A stretch of DNA of 36,336 nucleotides from positions 1-36,336 of the forward strand of contig CAYTMT010000003.1 of NCBI GenBank assembly GCA_964439095.1. Reading direction: 5' to 3'. Source of the stretch: an uncultured Gammaproteobacteria bacterium (GTDB lineage: Bacteria > Patescibacteriota > Patescibacteriia > Magasanikbacterales > GWA2-37-8). Each line of letters starts with the position of its first letter. Position 1 is the first letter of the stretch. The translations under genes were made by a program, and so were the position numbers. The notes under the pieces were generated by a model. The model was not told the origin of the DNA. It made no database searches and worked only from the letters and a program-made list of their open reading frames with translations. Of the stretch, positions 23,696 through 32,346 are shown one piece after another.

Positions 23696-25117
23696 TTCTT
23701 GTGGTAATTCTGGTTCGGGAGGTGGTGGAGCTTCTGGCGGCTTGCCACCTTTGCGCCGCAGTGGCCCATCGAGCATTTCGATTGGTAGATTGATAGGCGG
23801 TTCTGCGCGTTTGGCATTTGCCTTTTGAAGCAATGGCGCTTTTACAAACGGCAACGGGAAATGCCAAATAGTGGCCAACTCTTCAATGTTGAGGACGTAT
23901 GGATTGCCCAGATATTTCATCTTACGTTTTTTAAAGGCTTTGACAAAAGCAGTCTTCATCCAATTTTCTCTGTCATGCGCCATAGCGTAGAGCTTGTGAG
24001 TGATAGCAAAGGGAACAATGGAATTACCATTTAATTGATGAAATTGACTAAGTGCCCCAATTAAACCATCAATACAGTGGTCAGGGTTGTAGACATTATG
24101 ATGAGCCGCGTACAGAGCGCGAATTTTTGATTTGAACCCAATTTTGGAAATCTTTTCTTCAATGGCTTCAATGGTTGTTTTTTCTCCGGGGGTTAAATCG
24201 GACATTTTTTTAGCACCCGACTCTTCATGCTCTTCGTGCTCTACTCCTTCAAAATTCCAATGCCAAATACTCCACAATTCGTGCAAAATACCGCGAATTA
24301 TTGAATCAAAAAAACTACCGATTCCTCCCCCACCCCCATGATGCGCCTCTTGACCTAAAAGTTCTTTCACCACCTCAATACCGTGCTCTTTCCAATGACT
24401 CCCGGCTGGCTCAATAATAATTTGGAGCCATAAATCTTCTCCCTGGCCAATACGCGTAAAATTTTCAAGAATCGCAGCCATCGGATCACTAAATACCATA
24501 TCTTTGCTAATATTCGATTCAAAATGACTGTGTGTACGAATAGGGTACGCTTCGTTTTGTTCCAACACAAAATCCACTCCAAATATATCATAATCATCAT
24601 TTGGATACTTGTCAGGAATAACACTAGTGTACTCTTCGACTTCGGTAATTTCCGCTTCTGGATACTGAGCATACACAGCCGCCTCAACTAGATCACGATT
24701 ACCAGCTTCGGTACGGATAAGAAATTGAATGTAGCCCTCAATACTAACAATTTCCAAACTGAAATATTTTTGCTTCTTCCCCATCCAATATTCTTCACCA
24801 AAATGCGGATGAGTACTAATACCACTCAGGTGGGCAAAAATTTGCTCTACAGCTTTTGGTGTTTGAATAAATAACGGCGGAACATCCACCGCTAAAAGAA
24901 CCCACTGCCAGCGAGCGGTATACAAATTTTGTCGATAGGTTCTCCATAGCTGAGCGCCAATCTCGAAAAACCACTTCCCCATCACTAGCCAGCCAAAAAT
25001 AGCTACAATTGCCCCAGCCTGCTCCAGAGGCTGAAAGGTGAGAAAGTTAATAAGAAAATCAGAAAAAAAAGATAAATCAAGATTAAAACCAAAGGGGGTG
25101 GTAATAACAAAAGACAT
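23681..25117 (-). CDS. Membrane-anchored protein paralogous to the N-terminal domain of the 15703..18276 ATPase, without an ATPase domain and with a Pro-rich C-terminal tail
   Basis: Blocks that align by eye with the 857-aa protein: WVLLAVDVPP/TVLLIRVPKE; FSLEIVSIEGYIQFLIRTEAGNRDLVEAAVYAQYPEAEITEVEEY/LAFEIVVHQNKISFYVAVPDKMKSFVDQQISAQYPHAEISEESDY; DPMAAILENF...IIIEPAGSHWKEHG/DPLGALLNPL...YVVRPAPHSWRHEG; EELATIWHFP...AEPPINLP/EEMASFWHLP...APPPVNMP. ATG is at 25117; the 25126 start in the track is TTG. Confidence 0.8.
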   Translation of the reverse strand: MSFVITTPFGFNLDLSFFSDFLINFLTFQPLEQAGAIVAIFGWLVMGKWFFEIGAQLWRTYRQNLYTARWQWVLLAVDVPPLFIQTPKAVEQIFAHLSGISTHPHFGEEYWMGKKQKYFSLEIVSIEGYIQFLIRTEAGNRDLVEAAVYAQYPEAEITEVEEYTSVIPDKYPNDDYDIFGVDFVLEQNEAYPIRTHSHFESNISKDMVFSDPMAAILENFTRIGQGEDLWLQIIIEPAGSHWKEHGIEVVKELLGQEAHHGGGGGIGSFFDSIIRGILHELWSIWHWNFEGVEHEEHEESGAKKMSDLTPGEKTTIEAIEEKISKIGFKSKIRALYAAHHNVYNPDHCIDGLIGALSQFHQLNGNSIVPFAITHKLYAMAHDRENWMKTAFVKAFKKRKMKYLGNPYVLNIEELATIWHFPLPFVKAPLLQKANAKRAEPPINLPIEMLDGPLRRKGGKPPEAPPPPEPELPQELPYG

Positions 25118-25126
25118 AAAAAACAA

Positions 25127-25288
25127 CTACTTGTTCAACGTGCTATACACCCAACTATAAACAATTATCAAACCAATTGCGGTCCACCACCAGCCATGCG
25201 CTCCAGAAAAATAACCACTAAAATAGGACAGCGCACAGATGAGCGTAGCCAAAATAGAAACAAGATGGCGTATGGTAGTATCGTTCAT
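25127..25288 (-). CDS. Small (53 aa) two-helix membrane protein, below the ORF-track size cut-off
   Basis: Minus-strand ATG 25288 to TAG 25129-25127 encodes MNDTTIRHLVSILATLICALSYFSGYFSGAHGWWWTAIGLIIVYSWVYSTLNK. Its stop is 9 nt before the ATG of the next gene. It is the only sizeable open frame in the 270-nt gap downstream of secF. Confidence 0.5.
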   Translation of the reverse strand: MNDTTIRHLVSILATLICALSYFSGYFSGAHGWWWTAIGLIIVYSWVYSTLNK

Positions 25289-25316
25289 AATAAACTTTTA
25301 AATATGTTGTACCTTT

Positions 25317-25325
25317 AGTATAACA
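25317..25325 (-). promoter_or_regulatory. Extended -10 element TGtTATACT upstream of the 53-aa ORF operon
   Basis: Minus strand reads ttctgTGtTATACTaaaggtacaacatatttaaaagtttattATG. Confidence 0.4.
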
Positions 25326-25334
25326 CAGAATATG

Positions 25335-25370
25335 AAACAAAACACCCTCCCTTGAGTCAACAAGGAAGGG
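25335..25370 (-). terminator. Rho-independent terminator after secF (usable on both strands)
   Basis: Minus strand reads CCCTTCCTTGttgactCAAGGGAGGGtgttttgttt. A 10-bp stem with one G.U on the minus-strand RNA. The plus strand has TATTTTT after the stem. Confidence 0.65.
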
Positions 25371-25395
25371 TATTTTTGTAATAACCAAGAAGAAA

Positions 25396-26328
25396 CTAGG
25401 GTTTTTTACCGACCGAACGACGCTGCCAAGCCTCCACCAAAACCAAAAATGGAGCAGCTACAAAGATTGACGAATACGCACCACTGGCGATACCAATAAG
25501 CAGGGCAAGAGAAAAATTATGGATAGTTTGACCACCAAAGAAATACAAGGCGAAAAGCGGAATAAGGGTGGTAAACGTGGTATTAATGGAGCGAGCAACG
25601 GTTTGGTTTAATCCAGCGTTTACTACATCGCTAAACGATTCGTTCGCAGTACGACGAAACAAATTTTCACGAATACGATCGTAGACTACTACTGTATCAT
25701 TTACCGAGTAACCCAGAATTGTAAGAATAGCTACCACAAACGCGATGTCGACTTCAGTGCCATAGGTTGTGCCAAATACAGCAAAGACTGCCAGAACCAA
25801 AAACACATCATGGATAAGAGCCAAAATTGCTAAAGCACCATATTTCCAACTAGCAACTGGGCGAGAAACCCGGCGAAAGGCGTAGGCAATATAGAGGATA
25901 ATGCCCAGGTTGACCAAAATTATAGCCCAGAATGCACGGCTCTTAAGCTGGCTACTTACAGTACTACCAATGGTCTCAAAACGATCTTCCTGCACCAAAT
26001 TACCATTTTTTTGATAGGCAATACGAATATTTTCAATCAAACGCTGGTGCTCGGCTTCTGGCAAGAACGGCGTCCTAATTAACAATGCTTTCCCACTACT
26101 CAGCTGCTGTACCGCTTCACCACGAATATTGAGTTTGGCCAGCAAGGCTTCAACATCTGTTTGTTCTGGAGTAGTGCGGGAGAAAGAAACTTCGAGCAGC
26201 GATCCACCGGTAAAATCAATACCCGGTTTAAGACCAAAACGAAACACAAGCGCAATACATACGATCATGATGAGCGAACTGAGAGTCGCCCATAATTTTG
26301 AATACTTGGTAAATGGAATGTTCATCAT
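25396..26328 (-). CDS. secF: Protein translocase subunit SecF
   Basis: GIDFTGGSLLEV, the six-TM pattern, and DTVVVYDRIREN are typical of SecF. Immediately downstream of secD. Confidence 0.9.
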   Translation of the reverse strand: MMNIPFTKYSKLWATLSSLIMIVCIALVFRFGLKPGIDFTGGSLLEVSFSRTTPEQTDVEALLAKLNIRGEAVQQLSSGKALLIRTPFLPEAEHQRLIENIRIAYQKNGNLVQEDRFETIGSTVSSQLKSRAFWAIILVNLGIILYIAYAFRRVSRPVASWKYGALAILALIHDVFLVLAVFAVFGTTYGTEVDIAFVVAILTILGYSVNDTVVVYDRIRENLFRRTANESFSDVVNAGLNQTVARSINTTFTTLIPLFALYFFGGQTIHNFSLALLIGIASGAYSSIFVAAPFLVLVEAWQRRSVGKKP

Positions 26329-26339
26329 AAAAAAACAGG

Positions 26340-28073
26340 TTACTCCTTGCGATGTCCTAAGAATAATATATTACCTGCCTCAGGAAACCGGGCAGAAGTA
26401 AGACGCATAAACGAACGGGTTACCACAATGGCGGTAAATATACTCACGAGCACACCCAAAGCGAGCGTAATAGCAAACCCTTGCACAAAACCAACACCGA
26501 ACCAAATCAAGAACACGCAACTAATGAGCGTGGTAATGTTACTATCGCGCACTGAAGACCAGGCACGAATAAACGCTTCTTCCAGCGCAAATGTAAGGCT
26601 TTTCCCGGCCCTTAGCTCTTCTTTAAGGCGTTCAAATACTAATACGTTGGCATCAACCGCCATACCAACTGACATAATGAAACCAGCGATACCAGCCAAG
26701 GTAAGCGTAGCCCCAATTAACTTAAAAATAGCTAACGTAAATATGGCGTACATGGCCAGGGCAATCACCGAAACAAACCCTGGAAAACGATAGTAGAACA
26801 CCATGAACAACATTACCAAAGCGATTCCGTAATAGCCAGCAGCAAAGCTTTTGGCCAACGAGTCAGCGCCCAGACTGGCGCCCACTGCTTCTTGGCTAAT
26901 CAATTCAATCGGCACAGGCAGGGCACCAGAATTGAGACGCTGAGACAAATCACGCGCTTCGGTAAAAGAAAAATTACCACTGATAATTGCTTTACCTTCA
27001 GTGATTGGTTCGTTAACCCGCGGCACACTGATTGGTTCACCATCCAAGAAAATAGCAATTGGTTTTCCAACATTAGCTGCTGTAATCTGGGCAAACAACT
27101 TTGTTCCCTCATCATCAAAAGACAGGCTTACTTCTGCTTGTCCACTACGAGAATCCTCTACAACCTCAGCACGTTTGAGCTGCTTACCAGAAAGCCCAGT
27201 ACTCTTCCATTGATCTGCTGGTGGAACAATGTCATTTCGATTGCTAATCTTGGTAAATATTCTAGCCACCTGATAGTCGGTCGAAGAAGCAGAGAACTGC
27301 CCAGGGCGAGAAGAAATACGCTTTACAATGTTATACCCATCAGCTGCTTTAATTGGTTCTTTTGACCACTCATTATCTTTGTGTTTTTCTGCCCATTGAT
27401 ACATCTCTGGCTCAGAAGCTAAAGTAATAAAACCAATATTTCCTCCATCTTTTTTGCTTACTTCGTCTTCGGAATATTGATTAGCCACATCAACAAAATT
27501 CTTACCGCGATTTAATTCGCTTAATGCAGTGCGAATCTTTTTCTCAGCTGCCACATTCAAGGCAAGAAGCTGCTTTTCTTCAGCAGAGGTTAAAGATCGT
27601 TCTGGTGCATTATTTTGAATTTTGAATTCCAAAACAGGCGTTTCACCAATCATGCGAATCGCTTCTTTCGTATCCTTTACACCAGGCAATTCAACTATTA
27701 GGCGGCGTTCTTCACCTACTTGTGTGGTTTGCACAATTGGCTCTGCCACTCCCAAACCACCACGTACTCGACGTTCGATAACGTCACGCACACCCTCAAC
27801 TGCATTCAGCCGATCTGCGACTGGGATTTTTTCGGTATCAGCGCGGTATACCAAATGCACCCCGCCCTGAAGATCAAGACCTAAATTAAAACCACGTGCT
27901 GGCAATTCAGGCAGCCCGATATTTGTTTTTTGATTGACCGCTTTGATAGCACTATTAACTTGTGTTGGCATGATATATGCCAACGATAGGATCGCTAACG
28001 CGACACATGAAATAGCCGTCCAACCTACTTGTTTCTGCGAAACCTTACTCCCTACCGGTAATTTATGAGACAT
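26340..28073 (-). CDS. secD: Protein translocase subunit SecD, with an enlarged periplasmic head containing a parvulin-like segment
   Basis: LGLDLQGGVHLVY, ETPVLEF, GKPIAIFLDGEPISVPRVNEPITEGKAIISGNFSFTEARDLSQRLNSGALPVP, and the C-terminal six-TM region with AVDANVLVFERLKEE are SecD blocks. At 577 aa it is long because of an insert at aa ~165-255. Confidence 0.9.
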   Translation of the reverse strand: MSHKLPVGSKVSQKQVGWTAISCVALAILSLAYIMPTQVNSAIKAVNQKTNIGLPELPARGFNLGLDLQGGVHLVYRADTEKIPVADRLNAVEGVRDVIERRVRGGLGVAEPIVQTTQVGEERRLIVELPGVKDTKEAIRMIGETPVLEFKIQNNAPERSLTSAEEKQLLALNVAAEKKIRTALSELNRGKNFVDVANQYSEDEVSKKDGGNIGFITLASEPEMYQWAEKHKDNEWSKEPIKAADGYNIVKRISSRPGQFSASSTDYQVARIFTKISNRNDIVPPADQWKSTGLSGKQLKRAEVVEDSRSGQAEVSLSFDDEGTKLFAQITAANVGKPIAIFLDGEPISVPRVNEPITEGKAIISGNFSFTEARDLSQRLNSGALPVPIELISQEAVGASLGADSLAKSFAAGYYGIALVMLFMVFYYRFPGFVSVIALAMYAIFTLAIFKLIGATLTLAGIAGFIMSVGMAVDANVLVFERLKEELRAGKSLTFALEEAFIRAWSSVRDSNITTLISCVFLIWFGVGFVQGFAITLALGVLVSIFTAIVVTRSFMRLTSARFPEAGNILFLGHRKE

Positions 28074-28107
28074 AAAAGAAAAAACATTACAAGGCGTAAC
28101 GAGCCAA

Positions 28108-28136
28108 ATTGTACCGCATAAACACTATCTTGGCAA
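28108..28136 (-). promoter_or_regulatory. Sigma70-type promoter TTGCCA-N17-TACAAT for secDF
   Basis: Minus strand reads TTGCCAagatagtgtttatgcggTACAAT, 34 nt upstream of ATG 28073. Confidence 0.5.
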
Positions 28137-28160
28137 GTGGATAATAAATCCTCTACCCCC

Positions 28161-30908
28161 CTACCCATTTCCATGACACTTCTTAAATTTTTTACCAGAT
28201 CCACAAGGACACGGATCATTTCTTCCCACGTTTTGATCGTTAGTTACTGCACTTGCTGGAGTACGATCTCCTTCAGCCATGTCAGTAGCTCCTTTGAGAA
28301 TTAAATTATTTTTCTCCATCATTTCGGGCGCAAACTGTAGCCCTGCACCTACTTTAAAAATGGTGAAGGCGACTTCTTTTTGGATAAGTCCCAGCAACTC
28401 TTGAAACATACGATAGGTCTCACGCTTGTATTCCACCAACGGATCGCGCTGGCCATAGCCGCGCAGTCCGATGCCGGCACGTAAATAATCCACAGCCACC
28501 AAATGTTCCACCCACAAATTATCAAGCGAGCTTAAGAGCACGTGCTTTTCAACTTCCAATAATACCGCAAGTGACGGCACGCGCCCAACCAAGAGCTGTT
28601 CATATTTTTCCTTGGCCCATTCATCGAATTTATCCAACAAGGTAGTGCGTGCACGGGCAGCGTCGAGCTTGTTTTCGGCTTGCTCGACAAATGATGTTAC
28701 GTAATCACGCTCAGCCAGAGTAAGCGGAAACATGGTTTCTACTGTTTCTTGAATCCCTTTCATGTTCCACGCGCTGTTTTCTTCGGCGCTCATATGAAAC
28801 GAAACCAATCGTTCCAGTTCATTGTGAACGTTCTGAAAAATTAGTTCCCGCAACGTGTGCGGTTCTTCAGCTGTGGGAACGTGCTGATGAGCGTTTTCCA
28901 GACCACTTTCAAGCACCAAATGCTCACGATGGAACTGCCCCAATATTTTACGACGCTCCCCGTAAATAACTTCGCGATGACGATTAAGCACATCATCATA
29001 CTCCAACAAATGCTTACGAGCATCGAAATGAAACCCTTCCACTTTACGTTGTGCGGCTTCAATGGTGCGCGTGATCAATTTGTTTTCTATGGGCATATCT
29101 TCGGGAACGCGTAACGTAGTCATAACCGAACGAATACGCTCGCCAGCAAAAATACGCATCAAATCATCCTCGGTGGACAAAAAGAACTGTGTTTCACCCA
29201 TATCCCCCTGCCGAGCGGCACGACCACGCAATTGATTATCAATACGGCGACTTTCATGTCGCTCAGTACCAATTACAAATAAACCACCGGCAGCACGCGC
29301 TTGTTCGGCCAATTCCGGCACAGGCGGATTTCCACCCATAATAATATCCACGCCACGACCAGCCATGTTGGTGGCCAACGTGATAGCCCCGGGACGACCG
29401 GCTTGAGCGATAATTTCACCTTCTCGTTCGTGGTTTTTGGCATTGAGTATTTCGTGGGTAATTCCGCGCGCGGTAAGGTAGCCGCTCAGCATTTCATTTT
29501 TTTCTACCGAAATAGTACCAATCAAAACGGGTTGACCCTTGGCCCGACGCACTTTTACCTCATCGGCAATGGCCGAAAACTTTCCTGCTTCAGTTTTATA
29601 AATTCGATCTGGGTGGTCCTGGCGCAAATTCTTACGGTTCGTGGGAATTACCACTACTTCTAATTTATAAATCTTAGCAAATTCTTCGGCTTCGGTTACG
29701 GCAGTACCAGTCATACCAGAAAGTTTTTCGTACAAACGAAAATAATTTTGGAAAGTGATGGTGGCCATAGTGCGGCTTTCGCGCTGGATCGCCACACCTT
29801 CTTTGGCCTCAATAGCTTGATGCAGCCCTTCGCTATAGCGCCGCCCCGGCATTTTACGACCAGTAAATTCATCCACAATCACCACTTCCCCATTTTGCAC
29901 TACATAATCACGATCGTTTTTAAACAATACTCGAGCCCGAAGCGCCTGCTCCACATGGTGCACAGTAGCTATACCGCCTTCAGCATAGATATTTCCTACC
30001 CCTAACCATTCTTCCATTTTTTTAATACCTTCATCGGTCAAGGTTACCGCTCGCATTTTTTCGTCTACATTATAGTCGCTAGTTACAGTCAAACGATCTA
30101 CTAAGCGCGCAAAGGTAGTGTAGCGATCAGTCGCTTCTTCGGCTGGAGCAGAAATAATAAGCGGCGTGCGCGCTTCGTCAATTAGAATTGAATCTGTTTC
30201 ATCAACAATTGCGTAATATAAAGGACGCTGCACCATATCGGTAACACTCCCCACCATATTATCGCGCAGATAATCAAAACCAAATTCATTATTAGTTCCG
30301 TACGTAATATCACACAAATAAGCTTCCTTACGTGTGCAAGGAGTTAGAAATTCATATTCTACTTTGTAGGCTTCACTAACAGATTCGTTCCCCACATCGG
30401 CCAATTCTTGTTTGGCAAAACGATAGGAAACAAACTGATTTTGAATAATACCAACAGACAAACCAAGCGCCGAGTAAATATGCCCCATCCACACCGCATC
30501 ACGACGAGCCAAATAATCATTAACAGTAACGACGTGCACCCCTTTTCCCGCCAGTGCGTTCAGATAAGCAGCAAGGGTAGCCACCAATGTTTTACCTTCA
30601 CCCGTTCTCATTTCGGCAATATGACCACGGTGAAGCACTGCTCCACCAATCAACTGCACATCGAAATGGCGCATTTTATTAACACGCCAGGAAACCTCTC
30701 GAACCAACGCAAATGCTTCGGGCAAAATATCATCCAGTGATTCTCCGTTTTTAATCCGCTCCTTAAAATGTGTAGTTTTATTGCGCAAATCTTCTAAAGA
30801 CAGGTCCTTGAGAGACGCTTCCCATTCGTTAGTAGCCACAATAAACGGCTCTACTGTTTTGAGAGCTTTTGCATTCGGATCACCAAAAATTTTTGTTAAA
30901 AAAGTCAT
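28161..30908 (-). CDS. secA: Preprotein translocase ATPase SecA
   Basis: From ATG 30908: MTFLTKIFGDPNAKALK..., MRTGEGKTLVATL (Walker A), DETDSILIDEARTPLIIS (DEAD-like), TNMAGRGVDI, and the C-terminal zinc motif CPCGSGKKFKKCHG. Confidence 0.95.
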   Translation of the reverse strand: MTFLTKIFGDPNAKALKTVEPFIVATNEWEASLKDLSLEDLRNKTTHFKERIKNGESLDDILPEAFALVREVSWRVNKMRHFDVQLIGGAVLHRGHIAEMRTGEGKTLVATLAAYLNALAGKGVHVVTVNDYLARRDAVWMGHIYSALGLSVGIIQNQFVSYRFAKQELADVGNESVSEAYKVEYEFLTPCTRKEAYLCDITYGTNNEFGFDYLRDNMVGSVTDMVQRPLYYAIVDETDSILIDEARTPLIISAPAEEATDRYTTFARLVDRLTVTSDYNVDEKMRAVTLTDEGIKKMEEWLGVGNIYAEGGIATVHHVEQALRARVLFKNDRDYVVQNGEVVIVDEFTGRKMPGRRYSEGLHQAIEAKEGVAIQRESRTMATITFQNYFRLYEKLSGMTGTAVTEAEEFAKIYKLEVVVIPTNRKNLRQDHPDRIYKTEAGKFSAIADEVKVRRAKGQPVLIGTISVEKNEMLSGYLTARGITHEILNAKNHEREGEIIAQAGRPGAITLATNMAGRGVDIIMGGNPPVPELAEQARAAGGLFVIGTERHESRRIDNQLRGRAARQGDMGETQFFLSTEDDLMRIFAGERIRSVMTTLRVPEDMPIENKLITRTIEAAQRKVEGFHFDARKHLLEYDDVLNRHREVIYGERRKILGQFHREHLVLESGLENAHQHVPTAEEPHTLRELIFQNVHNELERLVSFHMSAEENSAWNMKGIQETVETMFPLTLAERDYVTSFVEQAENKLDAARARTTLLDKFDEWAKEKYEQLLVGRVPSLAVLLEVEKHVLLSSLDNLWVEHLVAVDYLRAGIGLRGYGQRDPLVEYKRETYRMFQELLGLIQKEVAFTIFKVGAGLQFAPEMMEKNNLILKGATDMAEGDRTPASAVTNDQNVGRNDPCPCGSGKKFKKCHGNG

Positions 30909-30933
30909 AACACTATCATTAATTACGCACCTT

Positions 30934-30962
30934 ACTCTACCACAGAATAACAAGAAATACAA
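30934..30962 (-). promoter_or_regulatory. Putative promoter TTGTAT-N17-TAGAGT (TGg extended) upstream of secA
   Basis: Minus strand reads TTGTATttcttgttattctgTGgTAGAGTaaggtgcg..., 25 nt before ATG 30908. Confidence 0.4.
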
Positions 30963-30980
30963 GGGATTTTTTTGGCTCTG

Positions 30981-31502
30981 TTAAGCGATATATTTAGGGT
31001 TAAAACCACGAAATATCCCAGTGATAAATGCATACCCCGCCCCGCCCACCACCCCAGTAACAAGTGATGCCACCACCGCTGCGGCAGCAAAAGTGACGGT
31101 AAAGTATTCTACCCTTCCATCCGGCATTACCAGTGCAGAAATAAACATAATTCCACCCCAATAAACTAACGCACCGAAAAATGATAGAAGGCTTACAATG
31201 GCAACGGAACGATTAGTAAACAAAGCAAATGCCAAATAACGCACCACCCCTACCGCTGCCACCTCCGCAGTAAATTCAACCGCAAAATAATGAGAAGTAA
31301 AAGCGGAGACAATAAACGAAATATAGGCTGCAGACCACAGAATACGCTGATTATTCGAAACCAACCCTAACCAAAATAAAAGCAACAATGTAATATGAAC
31401 GTGATTAATCGGAAATGGTAAAAAATATCGCGCCGTAATATCAAGCCCGATAACGCCTGTACAAAACAATAAAAAACCAACAACAACCAAAAAACGTTGC
31501 AT
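30981..31502 (-). CDS. mreD: Rod shape-determining protein MreD-like membrane protein
   Basis: 173 aa with ~5 TM helices, immediately after mreB-mreC. Assignment rests mainly on position and topology. Confidence 0.55.
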   Translation of the reverse strand: MQRFLVVVGFLLFCTGVIGLDITARYFLPFPINHVHITLLLLFWLGLVSNNQRILWSAAYISFIVSAFTSHYFAVEFTAEVAAVGVVRYLAFALFTNRSVAIVSLLSFFGALVYWGGIMFISALVMPDGRVEYFTVTFAAAAVVASLVTGVVGGAGYAFITGIFRGFNPKYIA

Positions 31503-31507
31503 ACAAA

Positions 31508-32338
31508 CTACGGAAGCGAAGTGGTGGCATCACCCACCGTCATGATCACCCCAACAATAAATAATTTTGACAATGGTAAAATAGGTGTAAGCACCGCCTG
31601 TTGAAATGGACGGTAGGCTTCATTTTCTACAGCCGCAACAGTTCCAACTGGAAGCCCGCGTGGAATCATTGGCTCAAGCCCAGAAGTAACCACCTTGTCC
31701 CCTGGTGAAATAACTTCGTTACGCGGCACAAAATTTAACCGCAAACTAAGCCCATATCCTCCTTCGACTACACCAATGCTTTTTTCACGATTTGTTACCG
31801 TAACTGCAACCTTGCTCATATTATCACTCACCAAACGTACAAATGATAACCGAGGTTCAACCCGAGAAATTTTTCCAACCAAAATTCCATCTCCAGTAAT
31901 AACTGGTTGGTCCACTGTAATTCCCGACTCACCACCGCGATTGATCATAATGGTGCCTGGTGCTAAATTAAGCGCATTCCCAATAACACGCGCTGTTACC
32001 ACCTGTTTGGCTAATTGATCTTCAAAACGAAGTTGCTGCTTAAGGGTGGAATTTTCTTGCTCTAACAAATCAAGCTTAGCGGCATCAATCGTGATGCGCG
32101 CTTGTTCAGTCTGGCATTTTTCGAGTGCGGCCATTGTTCCCGCCCGATTGGTAAGCGCCGACCAAGCGTCTTGAGTAGCTATACTATGTTCGTATAAAAA
32201 AATAATCACACCCTGAAAGGTGGACTGTATAAAGTGACGAGGAACATTAAAGAAACCAAAAAATGCCAAAACTACGACCACTACGACTACCGCAACACCT
32301 GGCCGAAACAAATTGCGGTTTGATTCGGAAAACGACAT
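31508..32338 (-). CDS. mreC: Rod shape-determining protein MreC
   Basis: N-terminal TM, a coiled coil (LEQENSTLKQQLRFEDQL), then a beta-barrel region with PVITGDGILVGKISRV and VVTSGL...PRGLPVGTV, typical of MreC. Confidence 0.85.
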   Translation of the reverse strand: MSFSESNRNLFRPGVAVVVVVVVLAFFGFFNVPRHFIQSTFQGVIIFLYEHSIATQDAWSALTNRAGTMAALEKCQTEQARITIDAAKLDLLEQENSTLKQQLRFEDQLAKQVVTARVIGNALNLAPGTIMINRGGESGITVDQPVITGDGILVGKISRVEPRLSFVRLVSDNMSKVAVTVTNREKSIGVVEGGYGLSLRLNFVPRNEVISPGDKVVTSGLEPMIPRGLPVGTVAAVENEAYRPFQQAVLTPILPLSKLFIVGVIMTVGDATTSLP

Positions 32339-32346
32339 ATAAAACT

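Noticed and set aside
28137-28145. An isolated DnaA-box-like AGTGGATAA next to the secDF promoter, and CGTGGATAA at 18582-18590 inside dnaX.
   Set aside because: These are single occurrences, consistent with chance for 8/9 matches in 36 kb. They show that such 9-mers alone are weak evidence.
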